From Alphaproteobacteria bacterium (GTDB taxonomy: Bacteria; Pseudomonadota; Alphaproteobacteria; SP197), in assembly GCA_964291415.2 (NCBI GenBank), contig OZ219920.1, positions 32,001 to 96,000 of the forward strand: DNA of 64,000 bases, in the 5' to 3' direction. The notes beneath the pieces were generated by a model that was not told where the DNA came from, did no database searches, and worked only from the letters and a program-made list of their open reading frames with translations. Every line of letters begins with the position of its first letter. Position 1 is the first letter of the stretch. Positions 57,743 to 64,000 of this stretch are shown here, in pieces. The position numbers were made by a program, and so were the translations under genes.

Positions 57743-58243
57743 ATGAGCCGTGCCTTTGTCAGGGAGCCGGACGCCGACAGCGTCGTCGACGTCCTGCCCG
57801 AATTGCCCCAGGAGCCGGTCCCCAACTATGTCACCCCGGAAGGCATGGCCATGCTCGAGGACTGGCTTGGCCGTCTGCGCCGGGAACGTGATGTGCTGGA
57901 GGCAGACCAGACCAGCATGATCGGGCGCAACCAGCTGGCCCATGTCAGGCGCGATCTTCGCTATGTGGAAGGACGGATCGACCATGCCGTGGTGGTGGAT
58001 CCGGCCGGACAGCCCTCCGGCGAGGTGGCGTTCGGCGCCCAGGTCGATGTGCTGGACGAAAGCGGAGAGCACCACGCATGGCGTATCGTCGGCGAGAACC
58101 AGGCCGACATCGACAAGGGCATGGTGAGCTGGGTCTCACCCCTGGCCCGGGCGCTCATCGGCGCCGAAGTGGGCGACACCGTCACCTGGCGGCGCCCGGC
58201 AGGCGACCTCGAACTCGAGATCACCGCGATCAGTTACGCATAG
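57743..58243 (+). CDS. GreA/GreB family elongation-factor-like protein (short paralog)
   Basis: MSRAFVRE, PNYVTPEG, VAFGA.V, IVGENQAD, SWVSPLARALIG..VGD. Confidence 0.9.
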   Translation: MSRAFVREPDADSVVDVLPELPQEPVPNYVTPEGMAMLEDWLGRLRRERDVLEADQTSMIGRNQLAHVRRDLRYVEGRIDHAVVVDPAGQPSGEVAFGAQVDVLDESGEHHAWRIVGENQADIDKGMVSWVSPLARALIGAEVGDTVTWRRPAGDLELEITAISYA

Positions 58244-58991
58244 CGGGCCTGCGCCGCGCAGACACGCGCGACCCGCGTCGGAACTCCGTCGCTCCGGGTG
58301 TTCCACCACGCCATCCGTCAGGGGCTTTTGGATGCTGCCCGAGGCGTGGTGAGCCTGTGCCCGGGTTGGCTCACGATCGAATCCTTGTACACCGCTGTGC
58401 ACGTGTGCTCGTACACCGTATCTCGCAGGACTCTCGTCGCTCACAAACATGGGTCGCGGCAGGACCTGTTGCATCGGACGTGAGCCCGTCCTCAAGAGTC
58501 GTCCGACGACAGGACTCGCAGAGCACTGCGATGTCGTCGATCAGAACGCCCTGCAACTCGCCGAAGAATACTCGTGCAAGCGAAGGAACAGATGGAATCG
58601 AGCGCTGAGCCGCACGCGAGACCAACCGCCGCGAAGGTCGAAGAGCGCTTCGACATGACCGTCGCCAACACCTCCTTCACATGAAGCGATCGTCAGAGGA
58701 GGATCGATCGGGAGGTCCGCTTCGATGGGGGTTGCGTCATCGGCGCCAGACTGGTGTACATCGCGCCTGCCGTCGCTGTGCTGGGTTCATGGATGTTGAT
58801 CGGTGGTATCGGAGATGGTCGCCGGGAGGTAGTGTCGCAATGGGTGCGAGAGTTCGAAGCCGACGGGTGCGGCAGATTGCCGGTCCCGCTCACGTCACCG
58901 GGATCGAGCGGGCCGCCTCGACCTCCAACCGTCGTTTCCAGGATGGACCAGCCTTCGAACCCGGCCAGCGCAACTTCGGAGGGGCAGGGCG

Positions 58992-60608
58992 ATGAGCCAG
59001 AGACGGTTGATGACGGGCGGGCGGGTCTTCACCGCGGATCCCGCCAGGCCGTGGGCGGAGGCTGTCGTCGTCGAGGGCGATCGTATCGCGTTCGTCGGCG
59101 ACGCTCGGACGGCTCGCGCCCGCGCCGGCGATGCAGCGGAGATGATCGACGTCGCCGGCGGTCTGGTTCTTCCCGGTTTCGTCGACGGCCATGTTCACGT
59201 CACCATGACCGGAGCGGCGATGCTGAAAGCGCATCTGCGCGGCTCGGGAAGTCTTGAGGAGATCCAGCGCCGCGTCAGAAAGTGGGCGGATGAACACCCT
59301 GACGAGCCCAGGGTTCTCGGCACCAACTGGGTGTATTCGGATGTGCCCGATGCAAGACCCACCAGGGAGATGCTGGATTGCATCGTCCCGGATCGGCCCG
59401 TGTATCTCGAAGCCCATGATTTCCACTCATCCTGGGTGAATTCCGCCGCCCTCGCCGAAATCGGGATCGACGACGACACGCCCAATCCGCTCGGCGGAGA
59501 GATCGTACGCGATCCCGACACCGGCGAAGCCACCGGCCATCTGCTGGAGGCCGCCAGCGCCGAGTGGGTGTGGCCGTTGCTCGCGAATGTCGAGGATCCG
59601 GTAAGGGAACGGCACATCACCACGGCGCTGGAAGCGTTCGCCCGCGCCGGCATCACCGGCGTGGTGGAGATGGCGCTGGAAGAGCCCGCGCTGCGGTCGA
59701 TGCGGAAGCTTCACGAGGCCGGAAGGCTCACCGCGCGCATTGTCGCTCACATGATCGTCTTCAGGACGGGGGATCCGGAGACGGAGCTTGCCCAGGTGAG
59801 GCGGGCCGTGGATCTCGCGAATGAGCATCGCGGCGACCGCCTGCGGGTTGGCGGCATCAAGATCATTGCGGACGGCACCATCGACGGCTGTACGGCCGCC
59901 CTGAGCGAGCCCTACACCAACGGGATCAGCGCCGATCCCATCTGGGATGCGCAGACGCTGAACCCGGTCGTCGGGGCAGCCGACGCTGCCGGCCTGCAGG
60001 TTGCGATCCACGCCATCGGCGACGAGGCCGCGCGGATTGCTGTCGACGCCCTGGAGAACGCCATGCAGGTCAATGGGACCGCCGGCAGGCGTCATCGCAT
60101 CGAGCATCTGGAGTATGCGCGGGATGAAGAGATCGCGCGCATGGGCAGACTCGGCATCACCGCCTCAATGCAGCCGGTGCATCTGGACCCGGCACTGCTC
60201 GAACGCTGGCTTGAGGTGATCGGTCCCGAGCGGGGCAATCACGGCTTTGCCTGGCCGCTTTACCTTGCCGCCGGCTCGGCTCTTGCCTTCGGCACCGATA
60301 CGCCAACCGCGCCATACGAGGCCCTGGCGAACATGTACCTGGCGTCGACGCGCAAGTCGCCCACCGACGACTCGCTTCCGGCGCTCAGGCCCGATTGGGC
60401 GCTGCCCCTGGAACAGTCCATCGTGCACGGCACGCGCGAATCCGCGTGGGCGGCATGGCTGGATCACGAGACCGGCATGGTGAAGCCGGGTCTGGCCGCC
60501 GACATCGTCGTGCTCGACCGGGACTTCTTCGCTGGCGGACCGGCGTCGTTGCTGAAGACCGGCGTGCGGCTGACGATGATGAACGGCACCGTCGTCCATT
60601 CGTGCTGA
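58992..60608 (+). CDS. Amidohydrolase family 3 (YtcJ/NfdA-like)
   Basis: PGFVDGHVH, KIIADG, AIHAIGD, HRIEH, SMQP, FGTD.P, G...PG.AAD. Confidence 0.92.
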   Translation: MSQRRLMTGGRVFTADPARPWAEAVVVEGDRIAFVGDARTARARAGDAAEMIDVAGGLVLPGFVDGHVHVTMTGAAMLKAHLRGSGSLEEIQRRVRKWADEHPDEPRVLGTNWVYSDVPDARPTREMLDCIVPDRPVYLEAHDFHSSWVNSAALAEIGIDDDTPNPLGGEIVRDPDTGEATGHLLEAASAEWVWPLLANVEDPVRERHITTALEAFARAGITGVVEMALEEPALRSMRKLHEAGRLTARIVAHMIVFRTGDPETELAQVRRAVDLANEHRGDRLRVGGIKIIADGTIDGCTAALSEPYTNGISADPIWDAQTLNPVVGAADAAGLQVAIHAIGDEAARIAVDALENAMQVNGTAGRRHRIEHLEYARDEEIARMGRLGITASMQPVHLDPALLERWLEVIGPERGNHGFAWPLYLAAGSALAFGTDTPTAPYEALANMYLASTRKSPTDDSLPALRPDWALPLEQSIVHGTRESAWAAWLDHETGMVKPGLAADIVVLDRDFFAGGPASLLKTGVRLTMMNGTVVHSC

Positions 60609-60776
60609 GTTCGGGTTACCCGGGCCGCGGCAATTCTGCATCTCGTCGCACGGCATGAATGATTCGGCGCGAAACGCGGATGCCCACGGGTTGGGTCGAG
60701 TCGAATGTGCCGATGGCATGCATCGCGAACCATGGCGCGCGCGAACACCGTCCCCGCCCCGAGCCGGAATGTGCAG

Positions 60777-61361
60777 TCAGCGTGCGGATTTGACCGCAAT
60801 GGCCAGACCGGTACTCCAGTCCATCTCGACCACCATGCAGTCCGGCCGCTGATTCAGTGAGGTCAGCAGTCCGGCGACCCTTTCGCCATGACCTTCGGGC
60901 CAGTTTCCTTGCGGCTGCATGTCGTCAATGACATAGATGCCACCGGTCTTCAGACGGTCCCAGACGGTCGCAAACTGCTCGTACTTGCCCGGGATGGCGT
61001 CGGCGAAAATCAGGTCGAACGACAGATGTCTGTTGGCTGCCAGCCATCCGATGGCATCTGCGACGACAAACCGCACTCTCGGATCGTCGCCCAGGTAGCG
61101 CTGGGCCACGCCCACCACATCGCGTTCTGTGTCGATCGTATGGAGCAACGAGGCGCTGTCCATGCCGTCCAGCAGCCAGGCTGTGGCAAGCCCCGTGCCG
61201 GTTCCGATCTCGAGAAACCGGCCCGCCGGCTTGCCGGCGGCCAGAACGCGCAACAGAGCCCCGGTGTCGCGCTCGGAGGCCAGGTCAAAACCCAGCCTGG
61301 CGGTCGCCTCCTCGATCGCCGCGAGCTGTGCGGGCGGCCGCATGCAGGTGTTCTCGTGCAT
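60777..61361 (-). CDS. O-methyltransferase (class I SAM-dependent)
   Basis: TGALLRVLA, LEIGTGTG, FDLIFADA.PGK, GGIYVIDDM; start 61361-61373. Confidence 0.88.
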   Translation of the reverse strand: MHENTCMRPPAQLAAIEEATARLGFDLASERDTGALLRVLAAGKPAGRFLEIGTGTGLATAWLLDGMDSASLLHTIDTERDVVGVAQRYLGDDPRVRFVVADAIGWLAANRHLSFDLIFADAIPGKYEQFATVWDRLKTGGIYVIDDMQPQGNWPEGHGERVAGLLTSLNQRPDCMVVEMDWSTGLAIAVKSAR

Positions 61362-61652
61362 TGCGAACTCCACGGTCTTCGGGAGGTTTCGCCGCTCCGG
61401 TCAGAAGCTCCCTGGAACAGGCAAGGGGCTTTCCCAAACCTGTTGCAAAACCCCGAACCGCAATAGTGCCGATGAGACCGCCCTTGGGAAGGTGTCCGCA
61501 CGCGTTCATGGTCCTTTCCCACGGTCGTCCGGATCTGCACCGATGTCGCTGGCTCGCGCAGCCCCGTGACCCGAAACGCCCGTCTCCCGTTGATCGAGTC
61601 GCCGCCGGCCGCGGGCCGCACTATAGTCAGCGCATCCACCGGGGGAATGCGA

Positions 61653-62591
61653 ATGGCCGCGCTCATCACTTTCGAGAGATCCGCCGCTCCCGCCGTTGTG
61701 GCCGAAGCGATCGCCGAGCAGGGCTACGCCATCATCCACGACATGCTTGACGCTGACAGCCTTGCCCGTCTGCGCGGCGAGCTCGAGCCGCTGATCGCCG
61801 CGACGCCGGCCGGTCACGAGGCCTTCATGGGCATGAAGACCGTCCGTTTCGGCTGCCTGCTGGCGCGCTGCGAACAGGCGCGGGTCATGGCGCTCGACCC
61901 GATGCTGCTGGATGTCGTGGAGGGCTTCCTCGGATCCTTCTGCGCTCGGATCCAGATCAACTACACGGGCGTGATGCATCTCCTTCCGGGAGAGATGGCG
62001 CAGGTCGTCCACCGGGACACCGGGCTCTATCCATTCCAGAGTCCGTCCCCGCCTCTGATCTGCGCGACCATGTGGGCCGTGACGGACTTCACACGCGACA
62101 ACGGCGCGACCTGGCTGGTGCCCGGAAGCCATCTCTGGGAAGAGGGGCGAACGCCGGTCGAGAGCGAGGTCGTGCAGGCCGAGATGCCCGCGGGCTCGTT
62201 GCTGCTCTACAGCGGGGCGGTCTTTCACGGCGGCGGCGCGAATCGCTCGAACGCGGCGCGCACCGGCTGCGCCATCCAGTTCTCGCTCGCCTGGCTGCGC
62301 CAGGAGGAGAACCAGTACATGGCCTGTCCACCCGATCTGGCCCGGACCTTCCCAAGGCGGCTCCAGGAGTTGATCGGCTACGATCTCGGCGCCGTGAACC
62401 TCGGCTTTGTCGACCACAAGCACCCCAACGAGGTGCTCAACGGCACGGCGGGCGACGGTCCCGGCGATCTGGGTCCCGAGGAGCTCCATGGGCGCGAGAA
62501 GCGCACGAACAAACTCAAAGTGGCAAGCTGGGCTCCGATGAACCGCAAGCGAGTCCGTCTCGACGCCGACATCGTGCAGGGCGGCGGCTAG
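61653..62591 (+). CDS. Phytanoyl-CoA dioxygenase (PhyH) family Fe(II)/2OG enzyme
   Basis: PGE.AQ..HRD, WAVTDFT.DNGAT..VPGSH, FHGGGAN, WLRQEENQY. Confidence 0.92.
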   Translation: MAALITFERSAAPAVVAEAIAEQGYAIIHDMLDADSLARLRGELEPLIAATPAGHEAFMGMKTVRFGCLLARCEQARVMALDPMLLDVVEGFLGSFCARIQINYTGVMHLLPGEMAQVVHRDTGLYPFQSPSPPLICATMWAVTDFTRDNGATWLVPGSHLWEEGRTPVESEVVQAEMPAGSLLLYSGAVFHGGGANRSNAARTGCAIQFSLAWLRQEENQYMACPPDLARTFPRRLQELIGYDLGAVNLGFVDHKHPNEVLNGTAGDGPGDLGPEELHGREKRTNKLKVASWAPMNRKRVRLDADIVQGGG

Positions 62592-62759
62592 AACTGCACT
62601 CCTCGTGCGTGGCCATGTCGCAGCCTTCGCGGCATGACCCATGAAAGGGTACCGTTCGACGGAACTCCACCGGTTGTCGGACGCCAGTCCACGCGAGGCG
62701 AGGCCGGTCTGGTCTGGATCAGGCGGCGCCCTGCTGTTCCTGGAGCGGACGCCCGCCCG

Positions 62760-63998
62760 CTAGTCCCGGTGCGGCCGGGCGGCAATCTCCCGCGCGGCCC
62801 GGATGCCGGAGTAATAGGCGCCGTGACAGGTTCCCTGTCCGCCCACCATGGTGGCTTCGCCGGCGAAGAAGAGGCGGTCGCCGACGGTGCGCGCCAGGTG
62901 TTCGCGCTGGTGCGCCTGTCCGGGCCGTGCGCAAGCCCACGAGCCCCGTGTCCAGGGATCCGTGCTCCAGGCGGTGGTGATGGTCCGCACGACGTGTTCG
63001 CGTATGCCGTTGCCGAACACTTCGGCCACCCTGTCCACGGCGAAGTCCTGGCAGGCCTGCGGGCCCTGCCTCTCGAGCCAGACCGCGTGCCGGCCGCCGA
63101 CGAAGACGGCAGCAACGTTGAGACCCATGGCGCTGGCGTCGATCTTTGCCGTGGCGCCGTCGCGATTCCAGAGCGTGTAGTGGCCGCGTCCCCCGTCTCC
63201 GAACACGTCCGTGTCGAAGGCGACTCCCATCTTGTTCTCGGTGCCCATGGGCAGGCCAAGGACGGCTTCCTGCTTCCAGTCGGGCAGCGGCGGCCAAAAG
63301 CTGACCTCGCCGGAGCCCAGAATGCCGGTTGAAACCGTGCAGAGGGCGCGGCGCGCCGTCACGGTTCCCTTCGACGTTTCGACCGAAACACCGGCCCCCG
63401 ACCAGTCGATGCGCTCCGCGCGTGCATTGAGGGTGACCTCGACATCGGCACCCCACGCGGCGACCAGGCCGCCGTAGCCGCGCACGGCCGGGTAACCGAG
63501 CTCTCCGGTGGAACTGGCGAAGTCGGCGGCGGATACCTCGTCGGCATCCAGGCCCCAGGCCGTTGCGACGTTCTCCAGAAAGGGTGCCGCGTAAGTGTTC
63601 TCGATATCGATCACGTCGCTGATCGCGACATCCGGACTGCTTCGGGCGGCCGCCGCAATGGCGCTGTGACATTCGACAAAGTAGCGACGGCAGGCGGTCC
63701 ATTCATCAGGAGTGAGCTCTGTGCCGTCTCGCACGAACCGGTGGTTTTCCGGTTTGTACGCATCGGCGGCGAATCTGCCGAGTTCGATGCCCAGATCATC
63801 GCCGATGTCGGCAAACGGGTTGCCGACCCCGGTGCCGAGCCAGGCGCAGCCCAGGTCGAACCACACATCCGGCATGATCTCCTCGGAGTAGGCTCGCCCG
63901 CCGATTCGATGCGATGCCTCGATGACCGTGCAGGAGACGCCGAGCCGGGCCAGTTCCTTCGCGGCCGCAAGCCCCGCCGCGCCTGCGCCAATGACAAC
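62760..63998 (-). CDS. Flavin monoamine oxidase family protein, 5' truncated by the window edge
   Basis: Frame open to the edge: VVIGAGAAGLAAA...EASHRIGGRAY...DLGCAWL; WSTDPWTRGSW, LFFAGEA, HGAYYSGIRAA. Confidence 0.9.
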   Translation of the reverse strand, partial: VVIGAGAAGLAAAKELARLGVSCTVIEASHRIGGRAYSEEIMPDVWFDLGCAWLGTGVGNPFADIGDDLGIELGRFAADAYKPENHRFVRDGTELTPDEWTACRRYFVECHSAIAAAARSSPDVAISDVIDIENTYAAPFLENVATAWGLDADEVSAADFASSTGELGYPAVRGYGGLVAAWGADVEVTLNARAERIDWSGAGVSVETSKGTVTARRALCTVSTGILGSGEVSFWPPLPDWKQEAVLGLPMGTENKMGVAFDTDVFGDGGRGHYTLWNRDGATAKIDASAMGLNVAAVFVGGRHAVWLERQGPQACQDFAVDRVAEVFGNGIREHVVRTITTAWSTDPWTRGSWACARPGQAHQREHLARTVGDRLFFAGEATMVGGQGTCHGAYYSGIRAAREIAARPHRD

Positions 63999-64000
63999 GA

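Noticed and set aside
61436-61454. ACCTGTTG(C/A)A words (also 58464-58473 and, reversed, 26285-26299) resembling IS terminal repeats
   Set aside because: Only about 10-13 bp, no transposase or properly paired ends; matches this short are expected by chance in 64 kb.
1-64000. CRISPR array, tRNA/rRNA, prophage, integrase or anti-phage defence genes
   Set aside because: No regularly spaced repeats, RNA-gene signatures or such protein motifs were seen on either strand.

Overview
GC-rich alphaproteobacterial chromosome segment. The taxonomy is inferred from the conserved block prfB-mrcA-amiC<>rne...M48-aroQ-accB-accC-aat><DUF2155-mlaD-NDUFA12 at 6.7-21.6 kb. The rest is dense in organic N/S catabolic genes: a TMAO-demethylase-like gene, a MlrC/penicillin-acylase/GH3 three-gene operon, and an oxidative-type aprMBA operon divergent from sat plus a metallophosphoesterase. 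A ~20 kb island holds three substrate-binding proteins, a polyamine-type ABC transporter with fused permease, TauD, a Rieske oxygenase, one hydantoinase-A and two hydantoinase-B genes, and a D-amino-acid dehydrogenase. Features the ORF track misses or mis-calls: a partial oxidoreductase gene at the left edge, the prfB +1 frameshift, a frameshifted alkA, a heavily eroded soeA relic (52.57-52.87 kb), an RNase E frame that runs antisense through a whole thioesterase gene, and a GGT-fold lipoprotein with Ala at the catalytic Thr. No rRNA, tRNA, CRISPR array, intact transposase or DNA-binding transcription regulator was recognised. All functions were assigned by eye from motifs and remembered family sequences; no database search was run.
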